The notes below the pieces were generated by a model. It saw nothing but the letters and a program-made list of their open reading frames with translations. It was not told the origin of the DNA and did not search any database. Position numbers and translations under genes: made by a program. DNA of 59,735 nt from an uncultured Clostridia bacterium. GTDB taxonomy: Bacteria; Bacillota; Clostridia; Christensenellales; Borkfalkiaceae. Each line of letters starts with the position of its first letter. The stretch's first letter is position 1. Shown here piece after piece: positions 46,654 through 55,778 of this stretch. Where the stretch lies: positions 1 through 59,735 of the forward strand of contig CALVXA010000001.1 in assembly GCA_944368635.1 (NCBI GenBank), read 5' to 3'.

Positions 46654-46682
46654 ATTATACACATATATTCAGAAATATTCAA
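46654..46682 (-). promoter_or_regulatory. Sigma-A promoter for serCA (minus strand)
   Basis: On the minus strand: TTGAAT (46682-46677), 17 nt, (TGTG)TATAAT (46659-46654). Confidence 0.6.
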
Positions 46683-46940
46683 CTATTTTGCATAAAAAAT
46701 ATATAAAAATTTATCGTCATGCGGCGGCGTGGGCAGCTTACTACGGGAGTATATGGTCCGAAGTAAAAAAATTGAACGTGTTTTGCCAAAAATTTTTAAA
46801 TATTATATTTACAATTTACCAAAATTGTTGTAAACTAATTATCGGGTATTTCAGTTTTATATGCGAAAAGACGCGCATATATGTCCTGAATAAAGGGGTG
46901 CGGCTTGCCGCTCCTTCCGAAACCAAGTCAGAGGTGCATA

Positions 46941-49799
46941 ATGAGCAATAACAATACCGGTACGGGCATGACAAAGGCCGACCTGATTCTGCGCAGGCTG
47001 GAACAGCTGGCACAGCAGAATTCTACACTGGCGGCGCAGGTGAACGCACTGTCACAGGCCAACGCCGCACGCGGCGGCGAGACGAAGGCGGCGTCGGACA
47101 GCACGATAAAGCAGGAAATGAACTATCTTTCCGTGCAGATAGAGAGCGTGTATAACGCGCTTACGGCTTCCGTGAACAAGCTTTCCCAGGAGGTTGCGGC
47201 GCTGAAAAATGCGGACAGGACTTCCGCCTCCGACGTGGATGACATCGCCTCGAAAGTGGCGGCAAAGATTGTCATTCCCGAAGCCGCGCCCGTCGAAATA
47301 GACGCCGACGAAATTGCGGGGAAGGTCGCCGACCGTATCCCTGCGACACAGTCAGTGCAGAGCGCCGTGCCCGAAAATATGGACTACGACGCGATAGGGC
47401 TTGCCGTGGCGAAGAACATACACATTCCCCAGGCCATTGCGGAAGACGTGGACTGCGACAAAATTGCCGAAAAGCTTTCCGAAAAGTTTGACGTTTGCGC
47501 AAAGGACGGGGACGCAAATGCAAAGTCCGCAGCCGTGCCCGAAAACATGGACTACGACGCGATAGGACTTGCCGTGGCGAAGAGCATCTATGTGCCCCAG
47601 GCCATTGCGGAGGACATAGATTACGACCAGCTTGCCGAAAAGCTTGCGGCGAAGCTGGACCTTTCCGCCGTTGCCGACGCAGCTCGGCACACCTCGGAAG
47701 CGCAGCTTGACTATGATATGCTTGCAGACAAGGTTGCGGAAAAGCTGTCCGCCAAGGCAGAAGAAGCGCAACCCGTGAAGGAACAGTCGCAGACAGAGGT
47801 TGCGGCAATGCCTGCGGATGCCGACTACGACGCGATAGGGCTTGCCGTGGCAAAGAACATACACATACCTCAGGCCGTTGCGGAGGACATAGACTACGAC
47901 CAGCTTGCCGAAAAGCTTGCAGAAAAGATGCCCGCTATGCAGATAGACGGCGACGCGCTTGCGGTGAAGATTGCGCAGGCGGTGGGCGTGCAGGACACGG
48001 TTTCGCCCGACTACATCGCCTCCAAGGTATCCGAACAGGTCGTCGTGCCCGTTCCCGATATGTCCGAGGCGCTGTCCTCGCTGGATATAGAGGCGCTTTC
48101 CAGAAAGGTTGCGGATAAGATTGCGTTGCCCCAGGCACAGACAGACGCGGACGCAATAGCCTGCGCCGTTGTCAACCGCATAAACGAGGAAAAGACGGAG
48201 GAGCCTGCCGTGCAGACGGAGCAGACTTCCGCCCTTTCGGCGATAGACGAGGGCGCGCTTGCCGAAGATATCGCCGCGAAGCTCAATCTTTCGCTCTCCG
48301 ACGAGATTATAGCTTCCGCCGTGGTAAGAAATCTTGCGGGCGCGATAGATTCGGACGAGATAGCCGACTGCGTTGCAAAGAGAGTGGGAACAATTTCTCC
48401 CGAGGAGTTTGAAATTACCGTTGACGACGACGGCTGCGAATCGCTTGCGGACAGTATAGAGGCAAAGCTGGACTACGAAAAGCTTGCTTCGGCCGTTGCG
48501 GAAAAGATTCTGCCCGCAGTGAGCGCGGCAGGCGGTCACGAAGTGGACGCGGAGGAACTTTCGAAGAACATTGCAGAAAAGCTGAACGTCGGCGCCATAA
48601 ACGAGGACGCGCTTGCAGACAAGGCGGCGGCAATACTCTCCAACTATCTGCCCGAAGTGGACTCGACGGACATTGCCGACAAGGTGGTTGCGGGCATAAT
48701 ACCCGTACTTCCCGCCGCACCCGCCGTGGACAGCGACGCGATAGCCGCCGCAGTCTCCGAAAAGCTGGTTGAAAATCAGGAAAACAGCGACTACGACATA
48801 GTAATCGACGAAGAGGGGCTTGCGCGCATAACGGACGGCGTCGCCGAAGGTCTGCGCACGGAATATGCGGCGCGCTTCGACAAGATAGACGGCGATATTG
48901 CCTCCGTAAAGGAGGAGAGCATAGCCCGCCTTGAAAAGCTTGAAAGCGCGAGCGGTGAAATCCGCGAAGAGTACAACGCGCGTTTCGACGGCGCGGGCGA
49001 GGAAAGCGGCAAGCTGCGCGAAGACTGCAACGGCAGACTTGACCGCATCGAAAAGGAGATTGCACAGTTAAAGGCGTTGCTTGCGGGCGGTACGGCCATG
49101 CTTGTAAGCAGCGAGCTTGCCGCTGCGGAAGCAGTTTCCGAAGAGGAGACGGACGAACATCTTGTCACGGTCAGCGACCTTGTGGAGGGCGAAGGCGGTA
49201 CTGCGGAACAGACGGCTACGGATGAAGTCATGGACGAGATAGTCGACGATATCGACGAAAAACCCGTCGACGACGAGATTATGCCCGACGGCATTGAAGA
49301 GGATTCCGTCGGCGTGGATTTCGCCAACATGATGAAGTACAACCGTTCATTCATCGCCAGGATAATTCAGGGCACGGACGAACAGAAGGACTACTACGGC
49401 AGGGTAAAGACGGCTTTGCTCTCGTACAAGAAGGTAAATTCCAACATAGCCTGGGGCGCGGAGAGGTTCAACAAGGGCAGGGAAACGATCGCCCGCTTCA
49501 AGATAAGGGGCAAGACGCTCTGCCTGTATCTTGCGCTCGACCCCAACGAATTTGCCACTTCGGTATATCATCAGGTGGACGTGTCGGACAACAAGTCCAT
49601 GCACGGCACGCCCATGATGGTCAAGATCAAAAGTCCGCTGGGCGTAAAAAAGGCAATAAGACTTATCGACGAAATGCTTGCAAGGCGCGGGGGCATAAAG
49701 CGCGAGATTGCAGAACGCGACTATGCCGCCATGTACCCTTACGAGACCATTGAAGAACTGATAGAAGACGGGCTCGTGAAGGACGTAAGCAAGAAATAA
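46941..49799 (+). CDS. Large acidic repeat protein (952 aa) with coiled coils and a basic C-terminal globular domain; function unknown
   Basis: ATG follows GAGGTG. No signal peptide or TM. About 22 copies of a D.(I/L)A.K(V/L)A.K(I/L) unit. Conserved-looking C-terminal domain (KYNRSFIARIIQ...IRGKTLCLYLALDPNEF...MVKIKSPLGVKKAIRLIDEM). Confidence 0.85.
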   Translation: MSNNNTGTGMTKADLILRRLEQLAQQNSTLAAQVNALSQANAARGGETKAASDSTIKQEMNYLSVQIESVYNALTASVNKLSQEVAALKNADRTSASDVDDIASKVAAKIVIPEAAPVEIDADEIAGKVADRIPATQSVQSAVPENMDYDAIGLAVAKNIHIPQAIAEDVDCDKIAEKLSEKFDVCAKDGDANAKSAAVPENMDYDAIGLAVAKSIYVPQAIAEDIDYDQLAEKLAAKLDLSAVADAARHTSEAQLDYDMLADKVAEKLSAKAEEAQPVKEQSQTEVAAMPADADYDAIGLAVAKNIHIPQAVAEDIDYDQLAEKLAEKMPAMQIDGDALAVKIAQAVGVQDTVSPDYIASKVSEQVVVPVPDMSEALSSLDIEALSRKVADKIALPQAQTDADAIACAVVNRINEEKTEEPAVQTEQTSALSAIDEGALAEDIAAKLNLSLSDEIIASAVVRNLAGAIDSDEIADCVAKRVGTISPEEFEITVDDDGCESLADSIEAKLDYEKLASAVAEKILPAVSAAGGHEVDAEELSKNIAEKLNVGAINEDALADKAAAILSNYLPEVDSTDIADKVVAGIIPVLPAAPAVDSDAIAAAVSEKLVENQENSDYDIVIDEEGLARITDGVAEGLRTEYAARFDKIDGDIASVKEESIARLEKLESASGEIREEYNARFDGAGEESGKLREDCNGRLDRIEKEIAQLKALLAGGTAMLVSSELAAAEAVSEEETDEHLVTVSDLVEGEGGTAEQTATDEVMDEIVDDIDEKPVDDEIMPDGIEEDSVGVDFANMMKYNRSFIARIIQGTDEQKDYYGRVKTALLSYKKVNSNIAWGAERFNKGRETIARFKIRGKTLCLYLALDPNEFATSVYHQVDVSDNKSMHGTPMMVKIKSPLGVKKAIRLIDEMLARRGGIKREIAERDYAAMYPYETIEELIEDGLVKDVSKK
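47364..47927 (+). repeat. Three roughly 123-nt near-identical intragenic repeats
   Basis: Units at about 47364-47486, 47532-47654 and 47805-47927. Each encodes (V/M)P..(M/A)DYDAIGLAVAK(N/S)I(H/Y)(I/V)PQA(I/V)AED(V/I)D(C/Y)D(K/Q)(I/L)AEKL. Offsets of 168 and 273 nt are in frame. Confidence 0.85.
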
Positions 49800-49815
49800 C
49801 AAAGGCAGAAAAGGG

Positions 49816-49850
49816 AAAAAGGGGGTCAACGCACGTAGCCCCCTTTTGCT
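49816..49850 (+). terminator. Probable terminator
   Basis: AAAAGGGGG / CCCCCTTTT stem with a 13-nt loop and a T-rich tail. Confidence 0.5.
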
Positions 49851-49939
49851 TGTAAAACGCCCGCAGCAAACATTTGCGCGGGCAGCAAGTGCCGCACTCG
49901 GCGGCTTAAAAGGTGTAAAATAATTCGAAAGGTTTTGAA

Positions 49940-51886
49940 ATGACAGAGAACAATCAGGCAAATTCTGCACCCGAAGTGCAGGACAAAAAGAGAAGAAGGG
50001 CTGCAAAGGCGGCAGCCAACCCCAGAAGGGCGCCCGTCAGGGCAGAAATCGCGGAAGCTGAAGCATCCCGCCGCGAACCGTCCAAGGGAAGCAAGGAGTC
50101 ACGCAGGCGCGTAAACGCAGAAAAGCAGAGCGCGCGTGAGGAAAAGGCGCCCGGACAAAAGGGCAGAAGGCGCGGCTCTTCCGCGCAGGAAAAGCATGAA
50201 GCGCGCGAAATTGCAAAGGCGGGCAAAATAAAGCCCGTAAAGAACGCCGTAAAGATAATCTTTCTGGGCGGCGTGGGCGAAATAGGCAAGAACATGACGG
50301 CGATAGAGTGCGGAAACGACATTATCGTCATCGATGCGGGCATAATCTTCCCCACGGAGGAGACGCCGGGCATTGACCTTGTCGTACCCGACATAAGCTA
50401 TCTTACGGAGAACAGGAAAAAGGTCAGGGGGCTTTTGCTTACTCACGGTCACGAGGACCACATAGGCGGCGTGCCCTATCTCCTCAAGGAAATTTCCGTG
50501 CCCGTAATAGGCACAAAGCTCACCCTTGCGCTTGTCGACAACAAACTGCGCGAGCACAGGCTGAACAACGTCGAACAGAGGATAGTCGAACCTGGCGACA
50601 GCGTACAGCTCGGCTGTTTTAAGGTGGACTTCATAAACGTCAACCACTCCATCGCGGGCGCGGTCGCACTTGCGATACGCACTCCCCAGGGCGTAATTTT
50701 CCACAGCGGCGACTTCAAGATAGATCTGACCCCCGTTGCTGGCAGTCCCATAGACTTAAAGACAATCGCGGATATAGGCGGAAAGGGCGTATTGCTGTAC
50801 CTCGGCGAGAGTACGAACATCGAAAGGCCCGGCTATACCATGAGCGAGACTACCGTCGGCACCACGCTTGACAGGCTGTTTGCGGAAAATGCGACAAGGC
50901 GCATAATAATCGCCACTTTCGCCTCCAACGTGCACAGACTTCAGCAGATAATCGACCTTGCCGTCAAATTCAGGCGCAGGGTGGCGCTCAACGGCAGGAG
51001 TATGTTAAACGTCGTGGAAGCGGCGGAGAAGATAGGCGAAATAGAGATTCCCGAGGGAGTGCTCGTCGACATAACAAAGATTAAAAATTACAGGGACGAC
51101 CAGTTGGTTGTGGTATGCACGGGCAGTCAGGGCGAACCCATGAGCGCGCTCACGCGGATGGCAAACCAGGAAAACCCCATGCTCTCCGTCGGCTCCAACG
51201 ACACCATAATCATCTCCGCGTCGCCCATTCCCGGCAACGAAAGGGGCATTTACGGCGTAATAAACAAGCTGTATCACCTCGGCGCGGACGTAGTGTACGA
51301 AAGTATTCAGAATATTCACGTTTCGGGCCACGCCTGCCGCGAGGAACACAAGATAATGCACACCCTGCTCAAGCCGAAATTCTTTATTCCCGTTCACGGC
51401 GAATACAGACATCTGAAAAAGCATTCACTGCTGGCGCAGAGTCTGGGCATGAAGGAAAGCAATATCTTCGTCCCCGACATCGGCAACTGCGTGGAGGTCA
51501 CTTCCAGAACGCTGCGCAGGCTGGACGATGTACCCGCAGGCTCGCTGCTCATCGACGGCGAGGGCATAGAGGACGAGAAGGCGTCGCAGGTGCTTCAGGA
51601 CAGGCGCCAGCTTGCAGAAGAGGGACTGTTCATAGTGTCGGTTGCCGTTTCCGGCGGAGAGGTGGTCGGCGAACCCGCAATAAATTCCCGCGGGTTTGTG
51701 TTCGACTTCCACAGGGACTACAACAGGGAAATGCGCGAAGTCATCGACAGGGCGATTTCGGCGTGCGACCTTTCTTCCGGCTCCGTGGACGAGCTTAAGC
51801 GGGCAATAAAAAAGGCGCTCCGCAATTACCTCCTCAAAAAGACAAAACAGTCGCCCATGGTTGTGCCCGTAGTGGTGGAACTTTAA
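49940..51886 (+). CDS. rnj: Ribonuclease J with a roughly 90-aa Lys/Arg-rich N-terminal extension
   Basis: Metallo-beta-lactamase HGHEDHIGG, beta-CASP and C-terminal domain pattern. The canonical N-terminus (VKIIFLGGVGEIGKNM) begins near residue 93. No alternative in-frame start lies close to it. Confidence 0.9.
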   Translation: MTENNQANSAPEVQDKKRRRAAKAAANPRRAPVRAEIAEAEASRREPSKGSKESRRRVNAEKQSAREEKAPGQKGRRRGSSAQEKHEAREIAKAGKIKPVKNAVKIIFLGGVGEIGKNMTAIECGNDIIVIDAGIIFPTEETPGIDLVVPDISYLTENRKKVRGLLLTHGHEDHIGGVPYLLKEISVPVIGTKLTLALVDNKLREHRLNNVEQRIVEPGDSVQLGCFKVDFINVNHSIAGAVALAIRTPQGVIFHSGDFKIDLTPVAGSPIDLKTIADIGGKGVLLYLGESTNIERPGYTMSETTVGTTLDRLFAENATRRIIIATFASNVHRLQQIIDLAVKFRRRVALNGRSMLNVVEAAEKIGEIEIPEGVLVDITKIKNYRDDQLVVVCTGSQGEPMSALTRMANQENPMLSVGSNDTIIISASPIPGNERGIYGVINKLYHLGADVVYESIQNIHVSGHACREEHKIMHTLLKPKFFIPVHGEYRHLKKHSLLAQSLGMKESNIFVPDIGNCVEVTSRTLRRLDDVPAGSLLIDGEGIEDEKASQVLQDRRQLAEEGLFIVSVAVSGGEVVGEPAINSRGFVFDFHRDYNREMREVIDRAISACDLSSGSVDELKRAIKKALRNYLLKKTKQSPMVVPVVVEL

Positions 51887-52199
51887 AATTACAGCATACG
51901 CAAAGCCGCGGCAGAAAGCGCGGTGATTGGTCGGAGGCGGGATTATGCTCCGTCGGCGGAAAGTCATTCACAGTAAAACCCCTTTGTCGGCTGCAGAGGG
52001 CAAACGCGGTGTGACCGATACGCAGGGAGAAGAGCATATTTTACGCCCGTCGTCAAAAATTGCGCATACAGTTGCACCGCGGCGCACGTGCGCCTCAATG
52101 CGTATGTCTTAAGGCGCACATCAGCGCCCGATAATGTCAAATGCAGCACATATCAGCGGCGGTGCATAAAACAGTGCTCAATGCGGGGAGGAAGAGCAA

Positions 52200-52874
52200 G
52201 TGCAGGAAGAAAAGAACTTTGAATATGCGCATAACGACACCTCTGTGCCCGAACGCAAAAGCCGCACCCTCTGCGTGAACAGGGCGGACTTTCCCCCGCT
52301 CATAAAAGATATGCGCGAGGGTGCATTCATGCGGGGAATACCTGTGTCGTCGGCGGAGACGCTTGCATTTTTACGCATCTGCACTGCCATGCATATGCCC
52401 CGACGAATACTTGAAATCGGTACCGCGATAGGCGTTTCGGGCATATGTATGCTTTTGCAATGCCCTTCCGCGACGCTCGTCACAATCGAAAAAAATATCG
52501 GTTTTGCGCAGGAGGCGGCGAAAAATTTCGACGCCGCGCAGGTCGGGGACAGGGTAAGGCTGATAACGGGCGACGCAGCCGAGTGCATAGGAAACCTTGA
52601 CGGACAGTTCGACTTCATCTTTCTGGACGGTCCCAAGGTGCAGTATGTGAAGTATCTGCCCCGCCTCAAAGAGCTGCTTTCAAAGGGCGGCGTGCTGTTT
52701 GCGGACGACGTGCTTTTGTACGGTTGGGTAAACGGCGAAAATCCCGTGCCCGCCAAGCGCAGAATGTTGGTGCAGCACGTCCGCGAATACATTGACGCCG
52801 TTAACGCCGACGGCGAACTTCTTACGACTGTCGTCGACGTGGGGGACGGCGTGGCTCTCTCCGTAAAACTTTAA
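52200..52874 (+). CDS. Class I SAM-dependent O-methyltransferase (family 3, YrrM/TrmR-like)
   Basis: SAM-binding ILEIGTAIGVS and DFIFLDG blocks. GTG start follows GGGGAGGAAG. Confidence 0.8.
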   Translation: MQEEKNFEYAHNDTSVPERKSRTLCVNRADFPPLIKDMREGAFMRGIPVSSAETLAFLRICTAMHMPRRILEIGTAIGVSGICMLLQCPSATLVTIEKNIGFAQEAAKNFDAAQVGDRVRLITGDAAECIGNLDGQFDFIFLDGPKVQYVKYLPRLKELLSKGGVLFADDVLLYGWVNGENPVPAKRRMLVQHVREYIDAVNADGELLTTVVDVGDGVALSVKL

Positions 52875-52949
52875 ATTCCGCGCCCTTTCGCGCCCGTTCT
52901 GCCAAAAAGCGGCAAGCGGACAGACAATAACGGTATAATACGGTATATT

Positions 52950-54152
52950 ATGGTAAAAAATGTAGAACTTCTCGCCCCTGCGGGCAATCTGAATAAACTG
53001 AAGACGGCTTTCTATTTCGGCGCGGATGCGGCGTTTATAGGCGGCAAGCTCTTTTCACTGCGCTCCTTTGCGGATAACTTTGACGAGGAGGAGCTTAAAA
53101 ACGCAGTAAAGTTGGCTCACTCTCTGGGCAAAAAGGTGTACGTCACCGCCAACATCTACGGTCGCAATGCCGACATGGCGCAGCTGGAGGACTACTTTGC
53201 CTTTCTTCAGGCGGCAGGCGCGGATGCGGCGATAATCTCGGACAGCGGCGTGTTCTATGCCGCGGCAAAGGCGGCGCCCGCGCTAAAGATACATATCTCC
53301 ACGCAGGCAAACCTTACAAACAAGTACGCCGTAAAGTTCTGGAAGGAGCAGGGCGCGACGAGGGCAATTCTGGCAAGGGAGCTTTCCATAGCGGAAATTG
53401 CCGAAATTCACGACTTTGTGCCCGATATAGAGCTGGAGGCGTTCGTGCACGGCGCAATGTGCATTTCCTACTCTGGCAGGTGTCTGCTCTCCGACTACCT
53501 TGCGGGCAGACCGTCCAACCGCGGCGAATGTGTGCAGGCGTGCAGGTGGAAGTACTCCGTACGCAAGGCGGACGTCGGCGCAGAGAGCGGCGACCTCGAC
53601 CTCGAGGAGGACGACAGGGGCACATATATCTTCAACAGCAAGGACCTGAATATGAGCGCGCACCTCGGGGAGCTTGCCGCGGCGGGCGTCAATTCCTTCA
53701 AGATTGAGGGAAGAATGAAGAGCGAATACTACCTTGCCACGGTGATAAACGCATACAGGCGGTGCATGGACGGAGGGTATTCGGATATGGTGGAGCGCGA
53801 ACTGCTCACCGCCGCCCACAGGGACTACACCACGGCGTATGCGTTGGGCGAAAATCACGCCACCGTCAACTATGAAAACAGCCAGACAAAGGGCGACTGC
53901 GACTATATCGCAAACGTGCTTTCCTGGCAGGACGGAAGGGCGGTTGTGGAAATGCGCGGCAGGTTCAGGAAGGGCGACGTGCTGGAAGTTTTGACCCCTT
54001 CCGACAATTTCGGACGGAGTTTTACGGTAACCGACGCCATTACGAGCGACGGAACACCCGTGGACGACTGTAAGCTCGTGCAGGAAAAGTACACGATTGC
54101 TTGCCCCGTAAAGCTCTCTGCGGGGGATATTCTGAGGAGGAGAAAGGTTTAA
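52950..54152 (+). CDS. Peptidase U32 family protein (YrrN/YrrO/TrhP-like)
   Basis: Typical N-terminus ELLAPAGNLNKLKTAFYFGADAAFIGG and the U32 Cys-rich segment (CISYSGRCLLS...C..C). Confidence 0.85.
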   Translation: MVKNVELLAPAGNLNKLKTAFYFGADAAFIGGKLFSLRSFADNFDEEELKNAVKLAHSLGKKVYVTANIYGRNADMAQLEDYFAFLQAAGADAAIISDSGVFYAAAKAAPALKIHISTQANLTNKYAVKFWKEQGATRAILARELSIAEIAEIHDFVPDIELEAFVHGAMCISYSGRCLLSDYLAGRPSNRGECVQACRWKYSVRKADVGAESGDLDLEEDDRGTYIFNSKDLNMSAHLGELAAAGVNSFKIEGRMKSEYYLATVINAYRRCMDGGYSDMVERELLTAAHRDYTTAYALGENHATVNYENSQTKGDCDYIANVLSWQDGRAVVEMRGRFRKGDVLEVLTPSDNFGRSFTVTDAITSDGTPVDDCKLVQEKYTIACPVKLSAGDILRRRKV

Positions 54153-54153
54153 A

Positions 54154-55371
54154 GTGGACTACGCCGTCAGTGACATTTATCAGCGCATAAAACACCCCGT
54201 GCAGAGCGTGAGCGTGCCCGGTTCCAAGAGCATTACGGCGCGCGCCCTGCTTCTTGCCGCGCTGGCGGACGGCAGTTCTGTGCTTCACGGCGCGCAGATG
54301 TCCGACGACTGCGCAACCTTTCTCCGTGCGGTCGGGTCGCTCGGCATCAAAGCCCGTGTGCAAGGCGACAGCGTAACCGTCGAAGGCTGCGGCGGCGTTC
54401 TGCCCGCAGACAGGGCGGAAGTGTATGTCGGCAGCGCGGGTACGGCGGCGCGCTTTATAACGGCGCTCTGCGCCTTGAGCGACGGGGAGTTTTTGCTTAC
54501 GTCCTCCGAACAGATGATGCGCCGCCCCCAGCGCCCGCTCATTGAAGCGTTGACGGCGCTCGGCGCACAGTTCAGCTTTATGGGCGAGGAGTACTGTTTC
54601 CCTTTCAGGGTGCGCGGCACTTCTTCCCCCGCGCCCAGCGTGACGGTGGACATAACGCGAAGCAGTCAGTTTTTGTCCGCTCTGTTGATGGCTGCGGCTT
54701 GCGCCCGCATCCCCGTGAAGATTAAGACAGTCGGCAGTCACGGCATGGACTACGTCAACATGACGCTTGCGATGATGACCGACTTCGGCGTAAATGTCAG
54801 ACGCGGAGAGGGCGGATACATTGCTGAAGGGCGGTATGCGGCAAGGTCGTACGACATAGAGCCGGACATTTCCGCCGCCTGCTACTTCTATGCCATGAAC
54901 AGACTGCTCGGCACAAAAATCAGCGTCAACGGCGTGTCGGGGCGCACCATGCAGGGCGACTACAAGTTCATAAAACTGCTTGAAAATTTCGATGGCGGCG
55001 TGGCAGATTTGTCGCAATTTTCCGACCAGACGCTCACGCTGGCGGCCATTGCGCCCTTCTTTTCCTCACCTACCGAAATAGTCGGCGTAAAGCATATACG
55101 CGGGCAGGAGTGCGACAGAATAAGGGCGATAAGTACAAATCTCGCTTTGCTCGGCGTCCCCTGCGAGGAGAGGGAGGACGGCGTTAAAATCTATCCCGCA
55201 ACCCCTCACGGCGGCAGGGTGAAGACGTTCGGCGACCACAGGGTGGCAATGAGTTTCGCGCTCACGGGCTTAAGGTGCGGCGGCGTGGTAATTGAGGACG
55301 CCGAGGTGTGCGCCAAGACGTTCAAAGAGTATTTCTCCGTGCTGGACGACCTCGTCGCGCGGCTTACCTGA
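54154..55371 (+). CDS. aroA: 3-phosphoshikimate 1-carboxyvinyltransferase (EPSP synthase)
   Basis: VPGSKSITARALLLAALADG and GSAGTAARF motifs. GTG start 1 nt after the upstream stop. Confidence 0.9.
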   Translation: MDYAVSDIYQRIKHPVQSVSVPGSKSITARALLLAALADGSSVLHGAQMSDDCATFLRAVGSLGIKARVQGDSVTVEGCGGVLPADRAEVYVGSAGTAARFITALCALSDGEFLLTSSEQMMRRPQRPLIEALTALGAQFSFMGEEYCFPFRVRGTSSPAPSVTVDITRSSQFLSALLMAAACARIPVKIKTVGSHGMDYVNMTLAMMTDFGVNVRRGEGGYIAEGRYAARSYDIEPDISAACYFYAMNRLLGTKISVNGVSGRTMQGDYKFIKLLENFDGGVADLSQFSDQTLTLAAIAPFFSSPTEIVGVKHIRGQECDRIRAISTNLALLGVPCEEREDGVKIYPATPHGGRVKTFGDHRVAMSFALTGLRCGGVVIEDAEVCAKTFKEYFSVLDDLVARLT

Positions 55372-55422
55372 AAAAGCTGACATTGCATGACTTGCTTCGC
55401 GCTTTAATGAAGGCGCATTATC

Positions 55423-55461
55423 GCGGCGCGCGTCCGTAAGAGCGGACGCGCGCCGCTTTTA
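55423..55461 (+). terminator. Rho-independent terminator
   Basis: GCGGCGCGCGTCCG / CGGACGCGCGCCGC perfect 14-bp stem followed by TTTT. Confidence 0.85.
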
Positions 55462-55743
55462 AATTAAGACCGCCGCATTGACGGTAAAATCTGTTGCGCG
55501 GCATTTTTTATGTGTTTTCCAAGAAAATGCGGGGCGTTTCCGTAAACACAGTTTTTATATCGGGCATACTGTCAGCGCTCCGTTCAGCAATGAAGTTGCA
55601 GTCTGTCGGACGGTAAAGAAGTAAAACGCGCGGCAGGAGCGGATAAGGCGTCATCTGCACCAAGCCAAAGGCAAACGCGCGGCAGGAAAGACAAAGACGT
55701 CAGATAAAAAGGCAAATATTTGTTCATAATATTATGTGCGCAC

Positions 55744-55772
55744 TTGTGTATGCGTGCATATTGTGGTATAAT
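55744..55772 (+). promoter_or_regulatory. Sigma-A promoter with extended -10 directly abutting the polymerase start codon
   Basis: TTGTGT (55744-55749), 17 nt, (TGG)TATAAT (55767-55772). ATG at 55779 with no SD. Confidence 0.6.
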
Positions 55773-55778
55773 CGTGAT

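Noticed and set aside
47364-47927. Whether the three roughly 123-nt repeats could be a DGR template/variable-repeat pair, or a CRISPR-like array.
   Set aside because: There is no reverse transcriptase or cas gene in the window. The repeats are in-frame coding duplications within one ORF, and their differences are not adenine-specific by eye.
55711-55736. Possible LexA/SOS box upstream of the Y-family polymerase.
   Set aside because: Only a half-site-like GAACAAAT (reverse strand) is present. GAAC-N4-GTTC is not satisfied. The palindrome CATAATATTATG is reported as an observation but not called a LexA site.
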